Assembly (NCBI GenBank): GCA_965197745.1 | Contig: CBDANS010000006.1 | Span: forward strand, 608,001 to 672,000 | DNA from: Opitutales bacterium | GTDB taxonomy: Bacteria > Verrucomicrobiota > Verrucomicrobiia > Opitutales > PNEW01 | Direction: 5' to 3' | DNA: 64,000 nt | Part shown: positions 10,575 through 21,977 of the stretch, one piece after another | Layout of the letters: each line of letters starts with the position of its first letter | Numbering within the stretch: the first letter of the stretch is position 1 | The notes under the pieces: generated by a model | Told to the model about the DNA's origin: nothing | The model's database searches: none | What the model saw: the letters and a program-made list of their open reading frames with translations, nothing else | Program-made: the position numbers and the translations under genes

Positions 10575-11579
10575 TTAATCAGATATGATAGTATTGCGCA
10601 CTCCATCTTCCTCTCTGTATTCCTGTGCAAAATCTGTATCTGGTGGATTTAGTCTTTCCCATTCGATTGTCTTCTCCAACGCCTCTTCTAAACCGATCTT
10701 GTCGAAATAACCCAAATCTTTTCGAATTTTTTCGGAACTCATATCCATATTCTGAGCAAAATTTATATTACTAACCAGATGTGAAGGTAACTGATCTTTT
10801 CCTAGAGTTTTTATCTCACCACACCACCCTACAACCGAAGCAATTTTTTCTACCCAGTCTTTTTCTTTTAGAGAAGATGAATCAGCCACATTGTAAATTT
10901 GACCTCTCGATTTATCATTAATGGCTGCTAAAGCAATGGCCTGTGCTACGTTCCCTACATATCCTCGACAAGTTTTCCACTCAGTTATTCCTTTTTCTAA
11001 CATTATTACGGGTCTTCCATCATCCATTCTTCTCAGGTATGGACTAAGACGGCGCTGGCTATCATGTGGCCCAAAAACCATGGGCATTCTAAGTATAGTT
11101 CCTGAAATTGAATGATGCGATATTACTATCTCTTCTACTGCATTTTTATTATCACCCTGAAGAGGGTTTAAACGTAAGGGCGATTCTTCAGTCAGGGGTG
11201 TATCAATAATATCTGTTAGTTCAGGAGAAGTCACAATTTCAAATGCCCGATAAATATTTCCACTACTGATGGCTACTACTCTATCTACCAAACCCTCTGC
11301 GATTTCCATTAGAGCAGTAGCATGTGCATCTGAATGAGAAATCATATGAATGATAACCTCAGGGGCATAGGATGCAAAATCGCTTTTGAATTTCATTAAT
11401 TCTTCGCGCTCACCGATAATAATTTTAGCCGCACTACTGCTTAAATTATCATGTTTCCCCCTGTGGAATACACATACTTCATGTCCCTGACTGATTAAGA
11501 GCCTGGCAGCGAATGCTCCCATGAAGTTAGTTCCCCCTATAAATAAAATCTTCATTTCCCTAAGGTGTCCCTTCCCCAC
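10575..11579 (-). CDS. NAD-dependent epimerase/dehydratase family protein
   Basis: MKILFIGGTNFMG Rossmann motif, LRMPMVFGPHD, YNVAD. Confidence 0.9.
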   Translation of the reverse strand: MGKGHLREMKILFIGGTNFMGAFAARLLISQGHEVCVFHRGKHDNLSSSAAKIIIGEREELMKFKSDFASYAPEVIIHMISHSDAHATALMEIAEGLVDRVVAISSGNIYRAFEIVTSPELTDIIDTPLTEESPLRLNPLQGDNKNAVEEIVISHHSISGTILRMPMVFGPHDSQRRLSPYLRRMDDGRPVIMLEKGITEWKTCRGYVGNVAQAIALAAINDKSRGQIYNVADSSSLKEKDWVEKIASVVGWCGEIKTLGKDQLPSHLVSNINFAQNMDMSSEKIRKDLGYFDKIGLEEALEKTIEWERLNPPDTDFAQEYREEDGVRNTIISD

Positions 11580-11723
11580 TCACTAGCATTACATATTCTG
11601 CAGGGAGGTGGAGAAAAAACAATTGTCAAAGTGTATTGAACGGAGCAAAATCACTCTGAAGCGACACTGGATGATGACTTTAACGAGTTATAAAGATCAA
11701 AGGGAAAATCCCGACTTACACCT

Positions 11724-13432
11724 ATGAAAAAATATGCATCAGATAGCCACTCTCGCACCCGTATGGCGGCACTCCGCGGGTGTATCTTAAGTTTAGTCGC
11801 GCTCCCTGGCCTGCTCGCGCCCTCGAGCCTGATCTCATCGGAGGAAACCGGGGAAACAACCAAGGCGGGTGAGTTGGCACCAAGGCTGCAGAATCTGGGA
11901 GACTATATCACTATGCCATCACCACGGATGACGAGGGCGCCCAGAAGTACTTCGACCAGGGACTAACGCTGACATACGCATTTAACCACCGGGAGGCAGC
12001 GCGCTCGTTTAAGGAAGTGGCACGGCGCGACCCAGACGCCGCCATAGCCTACTGGGGACACGCTCACGTCCTGGGTCCCAACATTAACATGCCCATGAAT
12101 CCCGATGACGAGTCCCTGGCCTATGCGCTGGTGCAAAAGGCCATGGCCTTGCGCGATAAGGTCTCTCCCAGGGAAGCCGCTTACATCGAGGCCTTGGCGG
12201 AACGCTATTCAGGTAATGCGGAAGATCGAGCTGCGAGGGACCGAGCCTACGCGGAAGCGATGGGTAAACTGCATAGGGCCTACAGGGAGGATCTCGACGT
12301 CGCCACCCTGTATGTCGAGGCATTGATGGACCTCAGTCCATGGGACTACTGGACGCGAGACGGACAACCTCATGAGGAAACAAAAGATATAATTCGAATT
12401 CTTGAGTGGGTGATGGAACAGAATCCCAGACATCCGGGTGCCAATCACTATTACATCCACGCGGTCGAACTCCCCTATCCGGAGCGAGGGGTTGAAGTGG
12501 CTGATCGTTTAGGCACGCTCGTGCCGGGAGCAGGTCACCTGGTACATATGCCTTCGCATATTTTCCGCAGGGTGGGGCGCTACGAAGACGCCTCCAAGGC
12601 CAACCTCGCCGCCATTGAGGTTGACGAGGATTATATTACACAGTGCCAAGCCCAGGGCATCTATCCACTGGCATATTATCCTCACAATATCCACTTTCTC
12701 TGGGACTCCGCGACGATGGAAGGACGACGAGAAGTGGCCGTGGACGACGCACGCAAACTGGCTTCGCGCGTGACACCGGAAATGCTCCAGGCGGTTCCCA
12801 TTCTACGGACATTTATCGTTGTGCCCTTTTACGCCTATGTTCGGTTTGGCCTGTGGGACGAGATCCTGCAAGAACCGAAACCACCCACTGACCAGGGTTT
12901 CCGGACAGGTATCTGGCACTACGCGCGGGGCATCGCCTTCGTCGCCCGCGGGCGCATAGGAAAAGCCGAAGTCGAGTTGAGGCAATTGGCAAAACTGGCG
13001 GAGGATTCGACTCTCGACACGGTACCTCTGTTTTCCAATAACAAAGCTGGTCCGGTGCTCCGTATCGCTCGAGAGGCTTTGGCAGGTGAAATTTCCACCC
13101 ACCGCAGCTCCTACGACAAGGCCATCGCCCACTTACACCGTGCCGTCCTGCTACAGGATGCCCTGGAGTATATCGAGCCACCTGACTGGTACTATCCAAT
13201 GCGCCAGTCCCTCGCGACGGTATTGCTGGAAGCCGGGCGGCCACTGGAAGCCGAGGTCGTCTACTGGCAAGACCTGAAGAAAAATCCGGAGAACGGTTGG
13301 TCTCTATATGGATTGATGAAAGCGCTTCAGGCCCAGGGAAAGACAGACCGGGCGACCGAAATCCAAAAGCGTTTTGAGAAAGCCTGGGCTCTTGCCGATG
13401 GTCCGCCCATGACTTTGCACGCGCCCCAATAA
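11724..13432 (+). pseudogene. secreted TPR-repeat protein, 2-bp frameshift near 11905
   Basis: ORF 11724 has a signal-like segment; removing the AT duplication in GACTATATCAC gives DYHYAITTDD..AQKYFDQGL, continuous with ORF 12017..13432 (HPGANHYYIH, HLVHMPSH); GC-richer than neighbours. Confidence 0.8.
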
Positions 13433-13442
13433 CCTCCACCAC

Positions 13443-14015
13443 TCACTTGCACAATTTATCCTGCTTTAATTTTTCCAGGATATTATCTCTCAATTCTTCC
13501 AGTGATTTACAGCCATCCAGAATTAGATCACTGTGCTCTATATGCCGAAAGTGATTCAGGTATGGAACCCGGGCTTTATTCAAATAATGAACGAGATCTT
13601 TTTTCAAACTAACCATCGTTTCATTAGCGGGGGTTTCTCTTTCACCCAGGTAATTTCTCAGTATTCTTCTTGCCATCGCGACGTCCAATGGTGTGTCAAT
13701 GTAGACTGATAGATCAATGCATTCTCTCATGCGATGGTGTGCACGTCCAAATGGATAATCTAAAATGATATAACTGAAATCTCCTTTCTCGATCTCTTCT
13801 GCAATGGCACTGCTCATTCCCGGACAATCAAACTCGGAGAGATCAGCTCCCCTCATCGTCCATTCGTAATAGTCGTCCGGGTAAATATTGGTGTCATCAA
13901 AATCATCGAAACGGAATAGTTCGGAGGATTGCAGCGATTCATGCAGGAGTTCAGACAGAGCCGTCTTACCCCCACCTGATACCGAGTTGATTGCGATGAC
14001 GTAAGGAGATGGCAT
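13443..14015 (-). CDS. uridine-kinase-like P-loop protein
   Basis: SVSGGGKT, YIDTPLDVAMARR. Confidence 0.8.
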   Translation of the reverse strand: MPSPYVIAINSVSGGGKTALSELLHESLQSSELFRFDDFDDTNIYPDDYYEWTMRGADLSEFDCPGMSSAIAEEIEKGDFSYIILDYPFGRAHHRMRECIDLSVYIDTPLDVAMARRILRNYLGERETPANETMVSLKKDLVHYLNKARVPYLNHFRHIEHSDLILDGCKSLEELRDNILEKLKQDKLCK

Positions 14016-14020
14016 TGTGA

Positions 14021-14509
14021 TCAGGTCATTTGAATTTCCATATAGTCCTCATCTTCGCCAAGAAGCTGGAATCGCTCTTTCAATACGTCAAATGTCTCAT
14101 TAATGATAAGAAAATCACCCCGCAAACGCTGATTCCTTTTTTCGCAGCGCTCCCGAGCACTATCTTCTGAAATGGAAAACGAAAGCAACTTTGGAATTCC
14201 GCCACATTCTTTTACTTTCTTTCGAACCGTATCCCGATAGCTCCGATTCCAGAAACCAAAGTCCAGAACCACATCAATCTGCATAAGAATGAGTTGGTTC
14301 CAATAGCCTTCCATGATCCCCAGGACTGAATCGTAGTACTCTGAAAATTTCTCAGCTGGTGGATTAACACCGAATAATTTAACCATCCATTCGTCCGGTG
14401 AAAAACGGACTGCTTTTTTCTCACGTTCAAGTTTGCATGCATAGGTAGTCTTTCCCGCGCATACGAATCCATAGAGCATGTAAGCGATTGGTTTTTCTTC
14501 TTCAGGCAT
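14021..14509 (-). CDS. small P-loop kinase (AAA_33-like)
   Basis: GFVCAGKTT, SPDEW, DVVLDFGFW. Confidence 0.85.
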   Translation of the reverse strand: MPEEEKPIAYMLYGFVCAGKTTYACKLEREKKAVRFSPDEWMVKLFGVNPPAEKFSEYYDSVLGIMEGYWNQLILMQIDVVLDFGFWNRSYRDTVRKKVKECGGIPKLLSFSISEDSARERCEKRNQRLRGDFLIINETFDVLKERFQLLGEDEDYMEIQMT

Positions 14510-14592
14510 CGTTGCTCATAACCTATCCCCTCCCCGTGTATCTGCACAACGAAAATTGAAATATGACGCAGTGGCTGTAGGGTCACAAGATA

Positions 14593-15552
14593 CTACCAGG
14601 TATATTCTTCTGAAAGTAATCTTCTAGTCCATTCAATCCATCGCGGCTGGTCAGGATGTTTGATCCTGTCCCATTCTCCACCGGCAAAGTGAATGAATAA
14701 ATAAACGGTCCGCAATCTTATGAACCAGGAGAATTCACTTAAGCACTGGTCGTCCAGAGAACATTCCTGGCGGTAGCCATCCATAAACCAGCGCAGAACA
14801 TCCCGTCGGTTTTCTTTGGGGATATGTCTCGACGGCCAGAGCGCAAAAGCAAGATCTGCGATGTACCAATGATAGCACAAATCCGCGAAATCGATGGAAT
14901 GTATCGTTGTGAGGTCGTCTTCTATGAGAAAATTACGAAACCCGTAGTCACCGTGAATCAAACCATAAGACTCTGTATCTTTTGGGAGCAGACTGATGTG
15001 ATCGATAACTTTATTCAATTCATCGACAGCAGCTGGTTCGCTTTTCGGTTCACTCTTTTTTGCATTGTGAATAATTTTATCTTCATCCCAGTGCTCACAA
15101 TTTTCACCGGATGGCTTAAATAGCTTTGACTGTCTGTGAATGCTTCCGAGGGACCTGCCCCAGTTTCGATGGAGATTTTCGTCGAGCTTATCGGTCCTGA
15201 AATTAATGTGACGCCCCGGCATTCTATTGAACGCTGTCACATAAAAGGTAGTGTCGGTATGCCCGACAGCCTCAAATCGCTTTCCTACAGCTGATCGAAT
15301 CGGATAAGCGACAGATACCCCCTTTCCTTTCAAGTACTCGAGGAACTCCAGTTCTCCTTCAATTTTGGATCGGGGTTGTATCTCCCCAGGACTGAAGCGA
15401 AGGAACACCGCTTCCTTCCCCATTTGAGTTTTATAGACCAGGCTTTCACTGTCACCCACATGAGTGGCTTCCTTCCCATGGTTATCCCAACGAGAGAGCG
15501 CTATGTCGAGAAGTCCTTCGCTTTCGATTAATTCAAGGGTCTTATTTCTCAT
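14593..15552 (-). CDS. APH/homoserine kinase type II-like phosphotransferase
   Basis: GLIHGDYGFRNFL, IDF, WYIADLA. Confidence 0.88.
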   Translation of the reverse strand: MRNKTLELIESEGLLDIALSRWDNHGKEATHVGDSESLVYKTQMGKEAVFLRFSPGEIQPRSKIEGELEFLEYLKGKGVSVAYPIRSAVGKRFEAVGHTDTTFYVTAFNRMPGRHINFRTDKLDENLHRNWGRSLGSIHRQSKLFKPSGENCEHWDEDKIIHNAKKSEPKSEPAAVDELNKVIDHISLLPKDTESYGLIHGDYGFRNFLIEDDLTTIHSIDFADLCYHWYIADLAFALWPSRHIPKENRRDVLRWFMDGYRQECSLDDQCLSEFSWFIRLRTVYLFIHFAGGEWDRIKHPDQPRWIEWTRRLLSEEYTW

Positions 15553-15618
15553 TATTTCGATTGGGATTCAATCTTAGAGATCTCCGTTTTGAGGTATCTG
15601 AAGCAACGAAATACTGCT

Positions 15619-16153
15619 TCATAGACTCATTTTAATATCATTAACAAGATCAGTTATTTCAAGGTTGTCTGTAGTATCGATTTGAATTAGTCTTCCTATG
15701 CCGAGTGGACCAAGGCATGCAAGTGAGCGAAAATTTTTGGTTATTTCTTCGTCATCTTTGTCTCCATCGAGGTGACCTGGATGGCGAATTCTCTGAACGA
15801 AACGTTTGGCAGCAATTTCAGGATCACAGGAACAGTATATTTCTATGACTTGATCTGATAGCGACGTGATCCATTTAATTGGAGTCCCAGACTGATCCGG
15901 AAAACTGTCATACCGCCAGAATGATGTAAGAACTGTACCCTTGGAAGTCGATGCAAGTCGCTGAAGGATCTCGTCACTAGCTCTACTCAGACGCCCTCCA
16001 CTCTGCATCTCCAATTCCCAACGAATCAAACAACGATTCAAGAATATCATCTTTATCAAGTAATGGTAAATTGAGCACAGGTGCCAGCTGACTTGCCAAT
16101 GTCGTCTTGCCACTGGCAGGTATTCCCGAGATAACGATAAATGCTTTAGTCAT
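15619..16153 (-). pseudogene. P-loop kinase, frameshift near 15995
   Basis: ATG at 16153: MTKAFIVISGIPASGKTTLA..LLDKDDILE, continuing in the frame of ORF 15619..16113. Confidence 0.8.
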
Positions 16154-16238
16154 TTCGTAGTACAGTTTGAAGCCAATGGTGAAGGTACAGTCCCGAGGCT
16201 ATTGTGGAAGTCTGTGAATGGATCAACCGTCTTGTTCG

Positions 16239-16673
16239 TTATCTCAAATCCTTCTTCAAAAAATGCTTGGTCACTCCGTCTGGAAAACCAGAAACCACTC
16301 CCATCGTTTCGTATCCATATTTGGAATAAAACGCGGGTGATTGAAAACTGTAAGAATTGGTACAGACACTAAAACATCCTTTATTTATCGCTATGCGTTC
16401 AAGCTCAGCGAGCAATTTAGATCCCAGGCCTTTACCCTGTTCTTCTCTATCTACCCAGAGGAATTCCAACTCGAGACCTGCACCCCAGAGCCAGCCGACA
16501 ATACCTGCGATGATGGAGCCATCTTCTTTTTTTATCGTCAACACTATGTCCTCACCATCCGCAATTGATGATTGGGAAACGTTCCAGCTTCCGAGGCCGT
16601 TTCTTATTTGTGAAATAATATTATCAACATTCTCGGTTTCTCTGTGTATGGGGTGATCCATCGTATTGTTCAT
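16239..16673 (-). CDS. GNAT acetyltransferase
   Basis: LWVDREEQGKGLG, SFQSPAFYSKYGY. Confidence 0.9.
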   Translation of the reverse strand: MNNTMDHPIHRETENVDNIISQIRNGLGSWNVSQSSIADGEDIVLTIKKEDGSIIAGIVGWLWGAGLELEFLWVDREEQGKGLGSKLLAELERIAINKGCFSVCTNSYSFQSPAFYSKYGYETMGVVSGFPDGVTKHFLKKDLR

Positions 16674-16759
16674 TGTTTCATTTCCATAGTGGTTGTTTTT
16701 TTAAACTATATCGCCAAACAACATCTAATGATAAAACTCTCAATCCTCTTTTTAGTATA

Positions 16760-17439
16760 TTAATTAAAAGCATCGTATACGGGAAGTTCAAAGTCAGATG
16801 GAAGCCACAGTGAATGCAATCGATCAAGAATTTGTCTTGCAGCTTCACCCAAAGCCTGCATTTCACCACTCTGTTCAGTAGCTTTTAAGTATGATTCAAG
16901 CCATGCGACAAGCTGTTGTCGCAGTGTAGATGGGCCACGCTGATGATCGTTTTCAAGTGCGACTCTCAATCGCACAATAACATGAAAAATATGCCAATGG
17001 GAAAATGCTTCCACCATTGATCTGTTGAAGATCTCATCGTCGGCAATATTTGGGCAATATTCAGATAACTGATCACGATATGCCTGATCCATGCTTGTTA
17101 CCACATCACCGGGCACGCCTTTCATACAACCCCAGGTCATCCGCGCGGGTAATCCTTCCCGAAGACAGTGACGGAAGCCACCGCAATCAAAGTCGAACAT
17201 CCTGAATTTACCTCCTTTTCGGATCATGCCACCCAATCCGTTCTGATCTCCTTGAGACAATGCGAGGAAGGTATTTGGGTATTCTTCGATCGTGTGGGTG
17301 ACACGGGCAATCTCGTCGTCAATTCCACTTGGTGGATCGAATCCCAATTCACGGCACCTTTCGCGATACTTTACAATGACATTTTCAAGCTCTCCCGATT
17401 CGATTTTCTTGCAGCGGGCATCGTCCCAGGGGTGAGTAT
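16760..17439 (-). pseudogene. phosphotransferase-like gene, 5' end lost at the IS3 boundary
   Basis: LSQGDQN..FDFD kinase-like motifs; upstream sequence ends at the IS terminus 17440. Confidence 0.65.
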
Positions 17440-17826
17440 TGATTGGACCCCGTTTTTCGTACCAATTATTAAGTGAGAGAGTTCCCGGGTATTAATGGTT
17501 TTAGGATTGATGTATATGAGAGATCTTGGCGAAGTGAGGGCGTAGCCCGAACGCGGCCAAGATCTGAAAGGAATGTGACAAACTCTTGTGGGCTTTTAAA
17601 GCCTAAACGACTGTGGGGATGATCATGGTTATAGGTCTGGCGCCATTGTTCGATTACAACTTGTGCTTCAGCCACGCTGAGCAACACTTCACGGTTCAAA
17701 CACTCATCGCGTAAGCGGTTGTGAAACGACTCGATGAAACCGTTTTGCCAGGGACTGCCCGGATCGATATATATCGCCTTGATCTTTTTGTCGGACAACG
17801 ACTGCTGCACTTGATGAGCAATGAAT

Positions 17827-17858
17827 GGCTTCGCATGTCGTCGCTTCGCTCCTCGGAA
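17827..17858 (-). repeat. micro-insertion TTCCGAGGAGCGAAGCGACGACATGCGAAGCC in the SDNGS-E-F codon
   Basis: Absent from the homologous site at ~58195-58220; identical to 48610..48641 and 55418..55449. Confidence 0.95.
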
Positions 17859-17986
17859 CACTGCCGTTGTCACTACGGATATAGCTGGGAGCTCCCTCCT
17901 TTTCAATGGCCTCGCTAAGCACAGAGAGGACATCCGATGAGGGGAGTTCACGAGCGACCCGGATATCCAGACATTCACGCGTATAT

Positions 17987-18029
17987 GTCTTCGCTTCGCT
18001 TGAGTGTCGTCGCTTTCAGCTCCTCGGTA
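17987..18029 (-). repeat. micro-insertion TACCGAGGAGCTGAAAGCGACGACACTCAAGCGAAGCGAAGAC in the TLID-E-Y codon
   Basis: Empty allele ATCGATGAATATACG at ~55282-55296 and ~58074-58088. Confidence 0.95.
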
Positions 18030-18854
18030 CATCGATCAGAGTCATCATCTTTAATGGACCGCCATGGTCTGTGCGATCATGGACAAAGTCCCAGGACCAA
18101 AGGTGATTGCGACCGGTTGCTTTAGTAGGCGACCCCGTAGAGACCCCTTGACGGTGTCTACGCTTTTTAGGTGGCTTTACCTGCAACCCTTCTGAACGTC
18201 GTACCGCCTGAACAAACTTCCTGTTTGTTGTCCAGCCTTCCTTTACGAGCAAGGCACGGATGCGCCGGTAACCGTAGCAGGGATGTTCCCAGGACAGGGT
18301 TACAATCCGCTCGGCCAACCGCTGAGCTTTCTTACTGGCCTGCTTGGGCTGGTAGCTGAAAGTTGACCAACTGAGGCTGAGGTAGGAACAAGCCCTTCGC
18401 AACGAGCACAGCCCTCTCTCAGCCGCATCTTTTACTACTCGCTTCTTCTGCTTGGGGCTCACCACTTTTTTGACAGCGTTTCCTCCATTACCTGATTCTT
18501 AAGCATTTGATCAGCGAGCATCTTCTTCAACTCGGTGTTTTCTTTTTCCAGCTCTTTAAATCGCTTCGCATCGGCTAGTTCCAAATTGCCATACTTTTTA
18601 CCCCAGCGATAGAAGGTCTGTTCACTCACGTTGTTGCCTCGGCAGATTTCCTCTACCGTTTTTCCGGTATCGGCTTGCCGCAGTATTGCGATGATCTGTT
18701 CTGTTGTGTATCTTTTTCTTTTCATGAGGTTATCTGTTTATCCCGATAACCTCTCTCTGTTAATGATACCATTTTTGGGGGTCACTCCATCCTAGGCAAC
18801 GGCCCTAACTATTTTGATTCGGCCTTATTTAATGTCCATCCGACGTATGGAAAA

Positions 18855-19280
18855 TTGAATGGAGGTTGGAGGCATTTGGCCAAAGGAAATCTTCACCTCG
18901 CCAAGGAAAAGTTTATAAAGTTATCGGCGAAATCACCGAGTAGCGGACTACCGAATGTAGGAATCAGCCTTGCATCGGCCTTAAGCGAAGACTACATGAC
19001 CGCGGCATACGCGTTACGCCGGGCGTTCGCTTTGGACCCTGTAGGCGCGAGCGATCTACCATCGCGACCAGATCTAAGGAGGAAGGTCCGTGAGCTAACT
19101 AATCATTATCGTGAGATTGTAAACAATGAAGATAATAAAGACGTCGATGCGATATTCATGTATGCAGCGTTGAGTCATTTATTGAATGATTTCGAGTCGG
19201 CGCAAGCCGCAGTTCAAGATGCGATAGCTCGCGGAGATAATTCAACAGGTGCTGAAAATTTGAAAAAGCTTTTGGTATAA
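18855..19280 (+). pseudogene. TPR-like helical protein, probably 5'-truncated by IS3
   Basis: Ala-rich helical repeats; ORF begins 65 nt from the IS end, at a non-ATG codon. Confidence 0.5.
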
Positions 19281-19315
19281 CGCAGTATAGGTTATAGTAG
19301 TTAGTAAACTCAGAT

Positions 19316-19348
19316 AAAAGAGCTGCCTTTGTAAGAGCAGCTCTTTTT
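19316..19348. terminator. bidirectional intrinsic terminator
   Basis: AAAAGAGCTGC-ctttgtaaga-GCAGCTCTTTTT, 36 nt after the stop at 19280. Confidence 0.8.
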
Positions 19349-19421
19349 AATTTAACTACACCGTTAACTCAGAGTTGAAAGGCAACAGCCTTTGAAACAT
19401 TAAAAATATGAGGCCTGACCC

Positions 19422-20994
19422 GAATGGCGTTAAGATAAGGGATAGAATGAGTGCAATAGATGCTTGTACAGGGACCGTTGGAGAGCTACCCTAACGAGCA
19501 TGCAAAAACAAAACTTAACTCGTTATTTTCCAGGATTTAATCAGGTCCTGTTCGGTCGTGCTCCCCGAACAGCCCTTGCACAGATGGAGGGTAAGCTGGT
19601 AGAAATACGGCGGTCAAGTCTTTCCGAGCTATCGGATATCTTCGGGCAGTGGGTGCCGCAAAAGTATTTACACCGGAAGCCTCGAGGGGCTAACAGCCGG
19701 CGGAGATTGTTCAGCCAAAACGTGACCTTCTGGGCATTTTTGTTCCAAGTGCTCTCACCACGGACTGCCTGCCGGGAAGTGGTGCGCAAGCTCCAGAGCT
19801 ATTGCAGCATGAAGGGGCTGAAGTTGGCTAAAGGAACGGCCTCGGCCTACTGTCAGGCGAGGCAACGGCTGTTGGTGCAAGACCTGCACGGGATCCATGA
19901 AGCGATCAGTGAAGAGGTGGCCGGGAGAGTGACCGACGATCAACGGTGGAAAGGTCACGAGGTAAAAGTGGTCGACGGTACGGGTATCGCCACCGCCGAT
20001 ACGCCGTGCTTGCAGAGGTGTTACCCACAGCCTTCGCAGCAACGAAGCGGCTGCGGCTTTCCGGTGATGAAGCTGGTGGGCTGTTTTTCTTTAGCCAGTG
20101 GGGCGCTTTTACACTGGATGGAGTCCTCACTAAGGCATCATGACAGTGTGCTGTTGCGGGGCATGATCGGATTTTTTCAAAAGGGTGATGTGGTCCTTGC
20201 CGACCGGGGATTTTGCTCTTACCTCAATATTGCCCTGCTTAAAGGCCGCGGTGCTGAAGCGGTCATGCGTTTGCATCAGCAACGAAGAAGCGACTTTCGT
20301 CAGGGCAGGTCCTTGGGTAGGTATGACCGGCTGATCATGTGGAAGAAGCCGCAAAATGTCTTCGGCTTCAGTCGCGAGCAGTGGCGGCAAATCCCTGATG
20401 AGATCCCCGTACGGCTGGTGAAGATTTTCATTTTCATCAAAGGTTTCCGCGCCCATAGCGTAGACCTCGTGACTACCTTGAGCGATCCTCACCAATACTC
20501 CCACCACGATCTCGGAGAATTATACTATCGGCGCTGGGCAGTGGAGCTTTACTTTCGCCACATCAAAACCACCATGGGGATGGAGATCCTGCGCTCTCGC
20601 TCGGTCGCTCTCGTGCGCAAAGAGATTGCGATGTTTGCCATCGCCTACAATCTCTCATCCGCGCTCTTTTGCAGCAAGCTGCCAGTGCCTTCCACCGCGA
20701 CCTCTCCCGGCTAAGCTTCAAGGGGGCTGTTGACACCCTCCGCCAATATCAAAGTGCGCTCGCGGCCACCCGGTTTAATCCCAGAGCCCAACGATCTGTC
20801 ATTGACGAGATGATACACCTCATTGCCCTCGAATCGGTCCCCCTACGTCCCTTCCGATACGAACCAAGAGTCCTCAAACGTAGACCTATACCTTTCCAAC
20901 GATTGACTCATCCACGAGCCATGATGACCGTCTCTGCTTCACGAAAAAACAAAGGCTTTTATCATCCTAAACCACCCTTATCTTAACGCCATTC
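19422..20994 (+). mobile_element. IS4-family element, transposase with a 2-bp frameshift near 20652
   Basis: Perfect 20-bp IRs GAATGGCGTTAAGATAAGGG; 11-bp direct repeat AGGCCTGACCC at 19411..19421 and 20995..21005; VVDGT, LADRGF, YYRRWAVELYFRHIK (YREK). Confidence 0.95.
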
Positions 20995-21020
20995 AGGCCT
21001 GACCCTTTATGCTCTGTCCT

Positions 21021-21896
21021 TCAAACAGCGGTGAGCACCGTATTTAATTGTTTTGTGAGATAGGGAGACACCTTCCCCACTTGACTCACCGATTTCAGCA
21101 AAGGGAACGTACTTCCTCCCCAGTCTCCGTTACGGTCAAACACTTGTCTCCCCATGACAACCCCTGATTCATCGATAAAGCCTTTAAGCCGCGCAAGCCC
21201 TTCCTTAATTACTTTCTCAGGCAGGGTTTTTCCCCTTCGCTTGGACCACTCAACAAGATAATATAAACCCCGCAATATATCGTACTCGAAAAAGCGCGGA
21301 AAGAACGGTTTCAGCCATTCCTTGTTGATGACCCTTCCCTCATTCCTGGAGCATACCAGACGATGTTCAATCAGGTAGCGCGCGCCTTCCTCCAGGAATT
21401 TCGCTTCGGCATCGGTGTAGGCGCGATTTGTATTGAAGAGAATGGCTTCCATTGGAGGCAGTGTAGATACAATCGAGCTCTTTCGCGAATTCCCGTAGGC
21501 TGAAGGGGTACAATTCAACCCTCCATCCGGAAGCTGGTGTTTTAGAAACCATTCCCGCATCCAGGGAAGCTCACCATCGACATCACAGCCACAGGCCGAA
21601 AGCATCATGTAAAAAACCCCCAATTCACAGTGACAACAGTCCATCTTAGTCTTATCGGCTTTGCTCTTCGGTGCATCATCATCTGTAATCACGAACTTTG
21701 GCCAGGCCCCCTCTTTAAGCATCGCTAAAGCTTTCTTAGCAACCGGTTCAGGGATTTGCTCGGTTTCCCCCATTTCGTAAAGAGTTACCATGTGCCACCA
21801 CGGCCCTACCCATTTCCTTCTACTCCGGTTGTCCGGCAATGAAAACGTATCCGTTGCCGTGAGTAATTCCATTGAATGCTCGATCGTGTTTGTCAT
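21021..21896 (-). CDS. hypothetical protein with a prenyltransferase/squalene-cyclase-like repeat
   Basis: WFLKHQLPDGGLNC resembles the QxxDGGW repeat; YDILRGL. Confidence 0.65.
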   Translation of the reverse strand: MTNTIEHSMELLTATDTFSLPDNRSRRKWVGPWWHMVTLYEMGETEQIPEPVAKKALAMLKEGAWPKFVITDDDAPKSKADKTKMDCCHCELGVFYMMLSACGCDVDGELPWMREWFLKHQLPDGGLNCTPSAYGNSRKSSIVSTLPPMEAILFNTNRAYTDAEAKFLEEGARYLIEHRLVCSRNEGRVINKEWLKPFFPRFFEYDILRGLYYLVEWSKRRGKTLPEKVIKEGLARLKGFIDESGVVMGRQVFDRNGDWGGSTFPLLKSVSQVGKVSPYLTKQLNTVLTAV

Positions 21897-21977
21897 TCCT
21901 CGAAATTAAAACGGCTTTTGCGAGCGAGTCAAAAAGTTTTGTACCCCGTGGGGGCAGGAGCGAATTAGTCTATAAAT

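Larger units (their letters stand above)
17440..18789 (-). mobile_element. IS3-family element, subfamily A, copy 1 (orfB broken by two micro-insertions)
   Basis: Ends TGATTGGACCCCG.. and ..GGGGGTCACTCCA; orfA 18459..18725; orfB WSWDF, SDNGS, PGSPWQNGFIESF; no matching flanking duplication. Confidence 0.93.

Noticed and set aside
12084..13442. Overlapping minus-strand ORFs (up to 209 aa)
   Set aside because: Shadow ORFs of a GC-rich gene
17987..18029. Hammerhead ribozyme or translational-bypass element as the explanation for the micro-insertions
   Set aside because: No CUGANGA/GAAA core; net lengths (+31, +35, +42) and codon contexts give no consistent take-off/landing pair; not excluded experimentally
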